From Zygophlyctis sp. KS116 (lineage: Eukaryota > Fungi > Chytridiomycota), in contig BAAFSQ010000286.1 in the NCBI GenBank assembly GCA_054661495.1, positions 1-12,748 of the forward strand: a stretch of DNA of 12,748 nucleotides. Reading direction: 5' to 3'. The notes under the pieces are model-generated. The model worked only from the letters and a program-made list of their open reading frames with translations, did not search any database and was not told the DNA's origin. Made by a program: the position numbers and the translations under genes. Each line of letters begins with the position of its first letter. Positions within the stretch are counted from its first letter, which is position 1. Positions 1 through 10,808 of this stretch are shown here, piece by piece.

Positions 1-4
1 CAAG

Positions 5-2690
5 ATGCTCCCTAGAGAATTGGATAAATTGGCGATTTCACAAGTTGGGGGCATTGCACAGGAGAGACTGGCGAGAGGCTTAAGATTAAATCATGTAGAA
101 GCCAATGGATTGATCTCTAAAGTATTGCTGGAAATGATAAGATCAGGAAATCTGTCAGTCGCTCAGATTATGAATTTAGGAAGGAAAATACTGGGGATTA
201 GACATGTATTGTCAGGTGTAAGATATACATTAAAGACTGTGCAAGTTGAAGGGACTTTTCCTGATGGGACAAAGCTGGTAAGCGTTCACGCTCCGATATC
301 TAATATTACTGATCTAAATCTTGCATTTTATGGTCTGAAAATTACAATCCCGAAAGACTTATTTTTAAAAGATGATTTGGTAGATGATGTTATTCCTGGT
401 GAAATTATACAGTTAACCAAGAATATTGATCTTTTAAATTCTAGAGCGCGAATAGCTTTAACTGTTACAAACTATGGCGATCGTCCAGTTCAGATTGGAT
501 CTCATTATCATTTTTTTGAAGTTAATCCTTTATTAGAATTTGATAGGTTTCAGGCATATGGGAAGAAATTGGATATTCCAGGTAATATTCTCTTTGAATT
601 GTTCTATTACGTTTATTGTTTCTTACATAATAGCAGGAACTTCTGTACGATTTGAACCAGGAGAATCTAAAAAAATTCATTTGGTGGATTTTGCTGGATC
701 AAGAAATGTTTATGGTGGGAATGGTTGGTTATCTGGTTCTTTGAATCAGCAGCATAAGATTCCTCAATTGATACAAAATAAGACTTTTAGAAATGTTAAA
801 GAATCACCCCTGCCTGTTCCAAGCCCATATAGTATGAATAGAAGCAAATATATTCAATGTTATGGGCCGACAACTGGAGATAAAGTTCGGCTTGGTGACA
901 CTGACTTGTTTTTAGAGATTGAAAAGGATTATGCTGAATATGGAGATGAAATAGTCTTTGGTGGTGGGAAAGTTATTAGAGATGGCATGGGTCAGATGTC
1001 CAATATATCCGAAGAGATTGCTTTGGATTTGGTGATTACAAATGTGATTGTTTTAGGTAATAACTTAAGTCTCATTTAGAAAGATTATACAGGAATAGTA
1101 AAAGGAGATGTTGGGATAAAGAATCACCGAATAGTTGGTGTCGGAAAAGCAGGAAATCCAGATATAATGGATAATGTTTCACCAAACTTAATTGTTGGTG
1201 TTACTACTGAAGTATTATCTGGAGAAGGGAAAATATTGGTCGCAGGAGGAATTGTATGAAAATTATTTTAATTATAGGATACCCATGTTCATTTTATTTG
1301 TCCCCAGCTATGTACAGAGGCTCTGGCCACCGGACTCACGACATTGATTGGAGGAGGTGCGCTTAAATTCTATTTATGCATAGGAACGGGACCTAATACT
1401 GGGACAAATGCAACAACGTGTACGCCAGGATCATTTCACATTAAAATGATGCTTAAAGCCACGGACTCATTACCAATGAATTTCGGATTCACAGGGAAGG
1501 GAAATTCATCTTCTCCTATTGGATTAGAAGAACAAATCAAGGCAGGTGCTATTGGATTAAAGCTTCATGAAGACTGGGGGACAACACCTGCTGCTATCGA
1601 CTGCTGTTTGCAAGTCTGTGAAAAGTATGATGTACAAGGTTGATATTGATTTTTGACTTTTAGCAACCATTCATACTGATACATTGAATGAGTCAGGTTT
1701 TGTAGAAAGCTCTATTTCAGCATTCAAAGGCAGGACAGTTCACGCATACCACACAGAAGGTGCTGGAGGTGGACATGCTCCGGATATAATTTGTATTTGC
1801 GGAGAAGAGAATGTTATTCCAAGTTCAACCAATCCTGTAATTTTTGAATAGAACTGAAGGAACAGACTCGTCCATTCACTAAAAATACGTTAGATGAACA
1901 TATAGATATGCTTATGGTTTGCCACCATTTAAAGAAAGAAATCAAAGAAGATGTTTCATTTGCTGAATCTAGAATTCGAGGAGAAACCATAGGAGCAGAA
2001 GATGCTCTTCATGATATGGGTGCAATATCGATTATATCCTCTGATTCTCAAGCAATGGTAAAACAAAAACTGTATTTAGTAAATTAGGGAAGAATCGGCG
2101 AAGTAATTACCCGCACTTGGCAAAGTGCAGATAAAATGAAGAAAATATCAGGAGTTTTAAATCCAAATGATTCACTAGCTGATAATTTTCGAATTAAGCG
2201 ATATGTAGCTAAATACACAATCAATCCTGCAATAGCACATGGTATATCGGACATTGTCGGTTCGATTGAAGCTGGAAAATTAGCTGATTTAGTATTGTAT
2301 AAACCTGAATTTTTCGGCACCAAGCCAGAAATAGTAATTAAGGGGGGTGTTATAGCTTGGGCTACAATGGGCGATGCAAATGCGTCCATTCCAACGCCAG
2401 AGCCTGTTATTGGACGGCCAATGTGGGGATCTTTTCCTGGAACTGTTGGCTCAACTTGTCTTTCTTTCATATCAAAAGTATCTCTTGATCGTGTAAAAGG
2501 ATATAATCTATCCAAAACTCTCTATCCAATTCAAAATACACGAAATGTAAAGAAAAAAGACTTGAAATTAAACGACTATTGTCCTAAAATCTCTGTAGAT
2601 CCAGAGACATACCAAGTAAAGGTTGATGGTAAAATTCTCGAAATCGGTCCTAGCGATACCGTTCCGTTATCAAATATATTTTTGTTTTAA
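5..2690 (+). CDS. URE1: Urease, eukaryotic single-chain (fused gamma-beta-alpha), ~823 aa, 8 exons
   Basis: Exons 5-581, 634-1056, 1084-1253, 1278-1356, 1384-1638, 1664-1836, 1866-2057, 2088-2690 sum to 2472 nt in frame. Splicing restores the motifs [43 protein letters not shown] (carbamylated Lys), [37 protein letters not shown] and SSDSQAMGRIGE, so the Ni ligands are present. The start could lie a few codons upstream of the window edge. Confidence 0.97.
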
Positions 2691-2701
2691 TTAAAATTTG
2701 C

Positions 2702-4750
2702 ATGATGAATGGCCATAAAGTCTCAAATTTAATCGGGTTGTACTATTACTTGCAGCAGGAAGAGAAGGATTTTCTGCGGCTCTATGCAGCGTCTCAGGTA
2801 TTTCTAATAATATTTAATAAAAGGATAAATGCTATTTTGGTTCCAGTTGCGATCAGGTAATGGACGCGTTTCTCACTCATAGCTGGAACTTGTAACGACT
2901 GATCTAAATACTTTCAAAAGTTTCTTCTGTAATCTCAAGGATTTATTAAAATCACTGGATGAAGAGGATTCAATTGTATGCAAATTTATTAGTAATGCAA
3001 GATCTATAGTAATAGTCCAATGGGGATATTGTTGCGTACCAGTATTTTGGAAATTGAAAAAATGCCTTTTGAAGGAATAGTCAAGTTGTATAACGAGACG
3101 AAAAGCCTAACAAGTTTTGCGGTGAAAAAACATGCGCCTTGTTTAGACGAGATTGTGATACAGTTACAAGGTAAATCTATATACGCATAAAATATTTAGA
3201 CTCATTGATGGCGGAATCTCCAATTGAAGTTCAGGAAACCTTGAATCAATTGAAAGATTCAACTCCTAAAAAGTACTATGCAGAGTAAGTTTGGATTCCA
3301 ATAACTTTCAAGATATCTCAATTACTTAAGAACTGATGATTTTCAAAATGCATTTAACTCTATGCAAAAGTATTATGATCTTTCATGCTCAATGTAATCC
3401 TTTTTTAATTAAGAAGAAGTTCTCCCGGACTACCGTACTACTATCCCTTACTTAACTTGATACCATTTTATTATCACTTTGGAAAATATCAGGAAGCAAT
3501 GAATATTGTAGATCAGGCATTGCCTTTGGCTAGGTTAGATGAAGATGGATTGGAATTTTTGAGAAGGTATAACGTCTTAACTCTAATTAAGAGTTGGATG
3601 AAAAAGCTTTCCACTCATGTAGATAATAATATAACAGATCAAAATAAGCCCATCCCGGTAAATCTGTTTAAAATTAAATTTAGAATCCTTCGAAAATCAT
3701 GAAAGATATTCAAAACTCTATTTTTGATAATGTGGACTTGAGTCTGCCTTTTATGGTGTTATCTGATTCTTGGAAAACTTTTGGAAATGATCATTTATCT
3801 GGTTTATTTTCTGCATTGGCGATAGAATATGGAAAAGAAATTTCAAGATCACACTTGGCAAAATCTTTAGATTCAAAAGATGCCGCTAAATTGTCCGAAA
3901 ATATTGCACTTCAGGTATTTTGATTTATCAGAAATATTTTAGGCTGAATCAGTTGGAACTAATTTACGTTGCTTTCAAAATTCTAACATATCCACATTGT
4001 TGTCCTGCAGAAAAGCGCTAAAAAGTGCTAATGTATTAAGTGCACAAATATTACTACCAGAAGCTCTTCCAATCGCTACTATAAGTGAAAAAGCAATGTT
4101 AAAAGCCGACTTTCTCAGATTAACTGAAGCTCCAGATGAAGTACTTAAATATTTATAATACTAAAACCTTCAGGCTATGAAAGAGCTTTCCAATTTCTTA
4201 GAATCGAAAGTTCATCTTAGTGAATTACTTCTCATTAAGCTCCAGGAAGCTGATTTATTTTTGGTAAATAGTTATCGTCTAAAAAATTAGGAAAGTGGTA
4301 CTGCAGAAGGTCCATTTGCTGCACTTCCTTTAGTTTTGTCATGTTTAAGTGTGTCCGAAAAGCATTATTTCAAGAAGATTAATGATATGGCTCATCTAAA
4401 ACTGGTGGACATTTTTATTCATCTATCGTTAGTGTCTCAAGCATCATCTGTTTTGGAATCTATTCTCCCTAAAGTACTAAACTCCTCAGACCTTCATTTA
4501 AAATCGTATACATACTATCTTTGGGGGCAAACCAAGATTCTTCTAACCAATCAAGATAAGAATGCTTTGGATCTACTGAACAAAGCTGAAGAAGGTAATA
4601 CAAAACTTCATATTGATTAATATCTTAGGATTCCAGAAATTAAACAATTACGACTATTTATGTAGAACGATTTACCAACAGTCATTTCTTCATTTGAACA
4701 TGGGCGATACTAAAGCATATAATGAATGCTGCCTTAAACTGAATTTATGA
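2702..4750 (+). CDS. APC5: Anaphase-promoting complex subunit 5 (Apc5), divergent, ~570 aa, 13 exons
   Basis: Exons 2702-2797, 2824-2856, 2883-2975, 3002-3170, 3200-3284, 3313-3393, 3420-3566 (acceptor may be 3413/3416/3419), 3594-3657, 3684-3914, 3943-4140, 4174-4263, 4291-4594, 4629-4750 sum to 1713 nt in frame. Apc5-like motifs recognised by eye: GHKVSNLI, SPMGILLRTSILEIEKMPFEGIVKLY, YYAEYLNYLRTDDFQNAFNSMQKYYD, LLNLIPFYYHFGKYQEAMNIVDQALPLAR, FLRSWM, PFAALPLVLSCL. The 5' exons are the least certain. Confidence 0.85.
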
Positions 4751-6450
4751 TCGAATCCTTGCTGGCCGAAACCTTAAATAGTTTAATGTTTGTACCAGTC
4801 CATACAGGAAGACATTCCTTTAGATAATCAGGATCATCAATGTAACAGCTATTGTAAATAGTGGCCCACAAGAAACTTTTTTTCCAGATTTGTAAAGAGA
4901 CTGGAAAATCGTAAATTATTGGCGTAAAGTCAACTTTTTGTTGAATAAATCCATCAACTGACACATTCTTTATAATCTCTAACTGAGCTGACATATCCTT
5001 TATTCCATTATGATGAGAAGAATCTTCCATATTTGGTCCAAAATGATCTATGAGATTGTAAAAAAATTCAAAATTGATCTCTTTCAAACTTTCTTGGATC
5101 TTTCTGTTAAAAAAGTGAATTTACAATTCCCACAGATTTTTCGTCCATTTCATCTGCTGCAGCATTTTTACCTTTTGTAACCTTTCCAATTTCAACTTTT
5201 AAAGCCAAAAATTCTGCTTTTAAAGACATTATTGAATGCACTAAACAATAATGATCGCCGAAATTATATTCCAAAAGATTCACAATAGAATTAACCAACG
5301 GAGAAACCAAATTAAGTGATGTTATCGTCAGAGAATTCCGAACCTGTAGGATATATTTTAACATCTTAGCATAAATTTCTGTGGAAAGTATCTTAACAAG
5401 GGGGCATAAATTTTCCATAAACATTGTTAAATTCTGACAAAATAGTAGGTTCTCTCTGAGAAATTGTTGTGTTTGTGAATTTAAAAATGACAATATACAG
5501 CTAAATAACAAATCTGCCCAAGATATTATGGTCTGAGGAAAAAGACTAGAAGAAAAAGGATACCCCAATATCGTCAAATCCACCATTTGATTACATTTTC
5601 GGCAAAAATCACCAGATGAAGACAAATCTCTTAGAATAATGCTAGACATTTTAACTGTGGGCAAATACGTGGAGTCTTGCTGTACTAATAACAGAAAACT
5701 ACAAATCGCTTCCAGAGTGTCTAATGGTTGATTTATAATCTTTTCCTTAAAGTTCAATACCCCCGACAATGCTTCATTGTACAATCTAACATTCCTAAAA
5801 CTTCCAATAACACTTTCTTTTCTATGAAAATTCCATTGTCTTATTGGATAAAAATATAATTGTTCTTCGTCTTGAGTCAGATCTGTAGATATTTTTGTCA
5901 ATAATACACTTGTAAGCTGAAAAGAAACTTTAACAAGCGGATAATTTAAATTTGACATAATCTTGTATTGAAAAGGAATCAGTGAGTCTGAGAGCAGATA
6001 ATTATTAATATCTTGTAAGAGATTCTTTACCAAATCTTTAATCTCCAAATCATCTGCAAGATTAGTCCCACCGTCCAAACTGTACATTTCATAAGATAGA
6101 ATAGAAATCAATGCGCGTATTAGAGCGATCCTATTTCTTGGCTCGCATTCATTTACTAATTTTGCTATCAATACATTGAAAAGTGACAATTCTCTTTCTC
6201 CAAATACATTTCCTTTTGAATAAAATGTCGGATAGTAAAAAGAGAGAAAGTGGCAAACATTTGAATTTGGATCCTGTGAGTGAATAGCAAACTCTGCCAA
6301 CTGCAATACTTTTTGATCGTTTACGGCAACCAGTTTCATCCAAACGCTGCTTGAAATTTCCATGGAAAATAATTGCTCCGCTGATATTTCAGACTTTAGA
6401 AATGATTTTATGCTCGATTCTGCAGCAATCAAGGAGGAATTCTGTCCCAT
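4734..6450 (-). CDS. HID1: HID1/Ecm30 (dymeclin-superfamily) Golgi-associated protein, ~563 aa, 2 exons
   Basis: Exons 6450-5125 and 5099-4734, separated by the 25-nt intron GTAAATTCACTTTTTTAACAGAAAG. N-terminal myristoylation consensus MGQNSS. HID1-like blocks: SWADLL, MENLCPLVKILS, IVNLLEYNFGDHYCLVHSI, and C-terminal WKKSFLWATIY...PVWTGTNIKLFKV. Confidence 0.85.
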
Positions 6451-6521
6451 ATTTGGCTGTCAAATTTATGTGAAGAACAGGTTTGCTCTTTAGGGCGAGA
6501 GAATTCCAATGGTCCAAACAA

Positions 6522-6589
6522 TTTTCCAGGAAAAATTTTATCATTTTTCTCAAATCCAAGGAAAATTTTAATGTCCGGAAAAAATATAT
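6522..6589. repeat. Three imperfect copies of TCC(n)GGAAAA-AT-rich motif in the HID1 upstream region
   Basis: TCCAGGAAAAATTTTA (6525-6540), TCCAAGGAAAATTTTA (6555-6570), TCCGGAAAAAATATAT (6574-6589). The first copy is part of the palindrome TTTTCC-A-GGAAAA (6522-6534). Confidence 0.5.
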
Positions 6590-9095
6590 TTAATGATTAT
6601 TGCTCAAGAGTTCTACTTCTTTTTCTATATCTTCATCAGTCACTGCTAGAATGTGATTTTCTATAGACATATCCTGATATTCCTCATTATCTGAAATCTC
6701 AGAATCTTCGTCCTTGATCCCGTCCTTGAAGTACATATCCAAAAATTCTTTCGAAACTAAATTTGTAGAGATCCAGTTGTTTTGGTAAGCAGTATAAAAA
6801 AGAAGAAATGCAGATATTTGTGATAGTCTTTCGAGTGGCACCTTTTCTTTTCCACAGAAATTTTCAGACTCGAGGTAATAATATTGTTTCTCTGTCCGAG
6901 GTATAGATGGTAAGATCTGAGATAATGCTTCATCAAAGTCTTCAAATTTTAAATATCCAATATTTTGATAATCGAATTTACGAAGCGATTTAAGAAAGAA
7001 TCGGTAATTTGGTTCAATTCCAGAAATTATAAGATGAACTAGATGATCTTGCACAAATTCTCTTGTTATATGATTTTTAGAAAAAGATATAAATTCTAGT
7101 TCTAGCTGATCATAATTTTCTTTGAGTCGATTTGGATATTGAATACGTAACAATTGACGGTATCTGTAAATATCAAAAGTTTCATATCTGTATAATAATT
7201 TTTTTAGAACCATCATATATTTCCACATAATGTCCATTTCACCACTTAAATGAAAAATAAATATATCAAGGAACTAAAATAATGATAAATTTGTATTATT
7301 TACCTCATTACTGCCTTCCTTTTCTTGCAAGATTGTGAATATATCATGAGTAGCTTTATGAGATACAACCTGAAGTTGGTATCGGTTTAGCATAAACTTG
7401 TGAAAATAATCCTAATCTGAGTAAAATATATATACAATAAAGTTTGGAATCTCTAATCTTTTTCCCTCTAATAATAGATCTTCTTCCATTATCCAACGAG
7501 TTTCATAAATTTCTTGAATCAATGGAACAAGTTTTTCCAATGGAATTGAACGATTAGCATTAGCTTTAAATCCATTTTGGACATCATAATAATTACCCCA
7601 TATCTTTAAGAAATTTTCAGACACCTATAGAATTAATTATAAATGCTTACTCCAGGAATTTCATCTTCTGTATCTTCCAAATTCTCTTCATCTTCCTCAT
7701 TCTCTAAAAGTTTTGCATTTAATAAATTCTCGTAAGCTCCCCTATTGAAGACTGTCCTTATTCGTAAAGATGGCTGTGAGAATTTAAAATGAGTAATTCC
7801 AGGAGGAATTTGTATAGGATTTGAAAGAGTCACTCTGTGAGGACAAACAATTGTCTTTAATTAGATCATATAATATTTACTCTTGCTGTACATTTACTGC
7901 AATACTGCATTTCCGGAAAAGGAGTAAATGTGTCACCACCATCACAAGATATATAAATTGAAATAGCATATTTCCTTAAAGCATCATCAGCAAATCTCTT
8001 TATACTTTTAATCTGTTTTTCACTTTTATGTTTATGATAAGATATTTTGAGACCATTAGAGTGTCGTTTCAACATTGCCCTTTCTTCCAATAAATCATTT
8101 AATCTTTCTCTAAATGATTGATTTAATTCCAACAACTATGTCTTTTTTAAAATTCCTTAAATTACTTCTACTTGATGTGCAGCCTCCCTTTCATCTAAAT
8201 TCCCCCCAACATTTGATAATATTTCCTTCTTCTTTTTTAACTGTGCTAATGCCGAATCAAAATCATCAATTTGCATATTCATAATTTCCAATAATTGTTC
8301 ATCTACCTTGTCCATTTGATACAAATCATATTCAATCATTCCTTGAGGATCTATTACAACAGCAGTTTTTAAAGCATCCTTTTCTTCCTGAGATAATTTC
8401 TTATCAGACTCTTTTGAAGCATTTGATTTAAAAACTGTTAATTTGTCAATTACATGATTAGCTTGACTTAATAATGTTGTCAATGAAGAAATTTCCTTTT
8501 GTAACTCTTGTTCTTGTTTTAAATGATTAGTAGCCAAATCCTCTTTTTCTAGTCCTTTAAGTTGTACTAATTTCTCTAAATCTTTAATCTTTAATTCCAA
8601 CTCTTGTTCCTTTTTTAAATGACTATCAATTTCATATTTCAAATCTAGATTTTTTCTCTGTAGAATATTAATGTCCTGATCTCTAAATTTAAGTCTTTGA
8701 GAGAGATCCTTTATAGTCTCTTGAATTTTATCAATTTCTTCCCTCTTTAATTCCTTTATTCTATTAATTGCAGAAAAATAAGGAATTCTTTCTAAATCCC
8801 CATTAAAACAAGTCAATGAATTTGAGAAAACTGAAATATACAATTCATTCCTTAGTTCTTTGACCAAGTTTGAGAATGGTCCCAGAAATGGATTTAATTC
8901 GTCTAGAATAGCAAATACAGTATTTATACGTTGTCTTGATGGTCCATTTACATTTACATTTCCAGTAGACTCTGACATGACCTCTTGCAGTCTACTTTCA
9001 AATACAATTGCTATTTTAAGTAACTGAAAGAGATTACCTTGAGATCTTGGATTTATCCTTTTCCTTTCAGTAGAGACTACAAATGCTGGTTCCAT
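6590..9095 (-). CDS. TSNAXIP1-like (translin-associated factor X-interacting family) coiled-coil protein with C-terminal EF-hand-like region, probably flagellar, ~780 aa, 7 exons
   Basis: Exons 9095-9038, 9010-8166, 8135-7881, 7854-7651, 7624-7436, 7411-7304, 7273-6590 sum to 2343 nt in frame. The N-terminal block GPSRQRINTVFAILDELNPFLGPFSNLVKELRNEL is followed by a long heptad region, then LIQEIYETR...FHKFMLNRY and the EF-hand-like FDYQNIGYLKFEDF. The gene structure is solid; the family call is by recognition only. An alternative in-frame ATG lies at 9170. Confidence 0.65.
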
Positions 9096-9125
9096 TCTAA
9101 ACTTCCGGACAATGACGTCCTTAAA
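9096..9125. promoter_or_regulatory. Putative 30-nt bidirectional core promoter between divergent start codons
   Basis: TCTAAACTTCCGGACAATGACGTCCTTAAA lies between the minus-strand ATG at 9095 and the plus-strand ATG at 9126. It contains ACTTCCGG (9101-9108) and the CRE-like TGACGTC (9113-9119). Function is inferred from position only. Confidence 0.5.
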
Positions 9126-10808
9126 ATGTCCTTTGCTGATGGGTGGGACAGATGGAAACTTGTAGAACATTATATAGAGAATGGGAATGAAGTCTTGGGA
9201 AAACTCAATGAATTCATTAAAAGGCAAGCTGAATTAGAAACAGAATACTCTCATGGAATGCAAAAGCTCATTAAACAACATCGAGACGATATTCTTAGAA
9301 AAGGACAAGATAAATTCTTTGGAAACTATAATATAGCATTACAACGAACATCAGTTAATGTTGCATGGCAGACTTTATTAGATAAAATGGAAAAAATATC
9401 TAGTATTCATTCAGAATTGGCCAATTCTCTCAATAATAATCTTCGCAAAACTGTAAAATATAAATCTAGAGATAATATGCTCTCAAACAAGGCAAGCTTT
9501 GATGAAATTAGGAAATCTGCAATGGAAATATCAAAATCATTTGACTCCGTAGAGAAATTAAGACTCAAAACTTTAAAAGGTTTTAAAGATGTAGATCTAG
9601 CTCATGCTTTATTATACAATGAAAATACTAAAAAGAAGGATATAGAAAAGGTATCATGAAAACGTTGATGATTAGATTATGGCCGATTTCGATAAAAAGG
9701 TTTTAACGGCAATCGAGTCTGAAAGAATTTATAGAGTCGCTCTAGACGATGTAAATTCAAGGCAAAAAATACATTTTAGTCAATTATTACAAGAAAAATT
9801 AATACAAATTCAAAAAGATGATGAACAATCAAGAGTAATGTTTATTAAATCTGCTATACAAAAGTATAATCAATTGGCTTTAGATGCACAAACTAGAATA
9901 CTAGAGTTCAATGAATCTCTAGTTCCGGTTTTTCAAGGAATTAATGGGGATTTTGATACAGAATTCTTCTCAAAGATTCTAAATGGTCAATCAGAACCAA
10001 TTAATAATGTTTTACCATTTGAAAGTTTGGATTTAGAGTCTGAAAGAAGACCTATTCTCAATGGTGAAATTAGGGTTCCGGACAAAGACTTGAAAGAGAT
10101 TGAGAAATTGTTGGCATTTGATGCAAAGGAAGCTAGGAAAAGAGCTTTGGCAAAATTAAAAACACTTGAAAGGGATGTAGAAGCTTTATCAAAAACAATG
10201 CTGACAATGAAAATAATTAAGGAGTCTGTGTCTCCAGATAAAATGATTTCAGAAAAGACTGTTTCTGAAACAGGAGTATTGGCAGACTCTTTTGCGATTA
10301 AGAAATATGTTTTAGATTCAATTATTGCAAAATCAGATAATATGCCTCCTCCCCAATTACCATTATACTTGTCAAAAGCTACCAAAATAGACGCAAGATC
10401 TATTGAATTAGTGTCGAAAAAAAATGTTGATAAAGATATCACTAGTCCTTTTATGTCAATTATGGATGTTTCTCCTCTTTTTGATGACACCACTGAAGAT
10501 TTTAAATTTGGAGTTAAATCAAATGGCTCAGTGGATTCATTAATACCGACTCAAAAAGCTTCCAAAAAGAAGTATGATACAAGAATTTTTGCAAAAGTAA
10601 TTTATGATTTTGAAGGAGCTCAGAATACGCAAGAAATGTCGGTTTTAGAAGGGGATCTCGTGGAAATTGTGGAAAAGTCTGAAGATGGGTATTTATTTTA
10701 ACTTTAGTTTTAATATTTAGTTGGTGGAGAGCAGTATTAGAGGGTGACAATGGAGACCTTTTTGAGGGTTATATACCAGCAAGTTATCTAGATGTTGTCA
10801 GTAAATGA
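9126..10808 (+). CDS. F-BAR (FCH) plus C-terminal SH3 protein, CIP4/Toca/Bzz1-like membrane-remodelling adaptor, ~541 aa, 3 exons
   Basis: Exons 9126-9650, 9676-10688, 10721-10808 sum to 1626 nt. FCH start MSFADGWDRW...FIKRQAELETEYSHGMQKL. SH3 domain AKVIYDFEG...EMSVLEGDLVEIVEKSEDGWW...EGYIPASYL, where the GWW motif is restored only by removing intron 10689-10720. Confidence 0.9.

Noticed and set aside
582-633. 52-nt intron as a nested or recursive pair of 26-nt introns
   Set aside because: It contains no internal AG, so it cannot be removed in two GT-AG steps.
1057-2087. Stop-codon reassignment or readthrough (ciliate-like code) to explain in-frame TAG/TGA
   Set aside because: The stops lie only inside short insertions relative to conserved urease sequence. 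Long exons have no TAA/TAG/TGA, and the genes end in TAA or TGA.
2084-2515. 143-aa antisense ORF
   Set aside because: Shadow ORF opposite the conserved last urease exon, with no recognisable features.
5-2690. Bacterial-style ureA/ureB/ureC operon or frameshifted urease pseudogene
   Set aside because: Every break is bounded by GT...AG, and removal restores conserved motifs in one continuous frame.
9987-10493. 168-aa antisense ORF, and other short ORFs (6149-6343, 6757-6945, 10514-10750, 11444-11632, 12027-12251, 12483-12734)
   Set aside because: All lie within confident CDSs in another frame or on the opposite strand, and look like codon-bias shadows.
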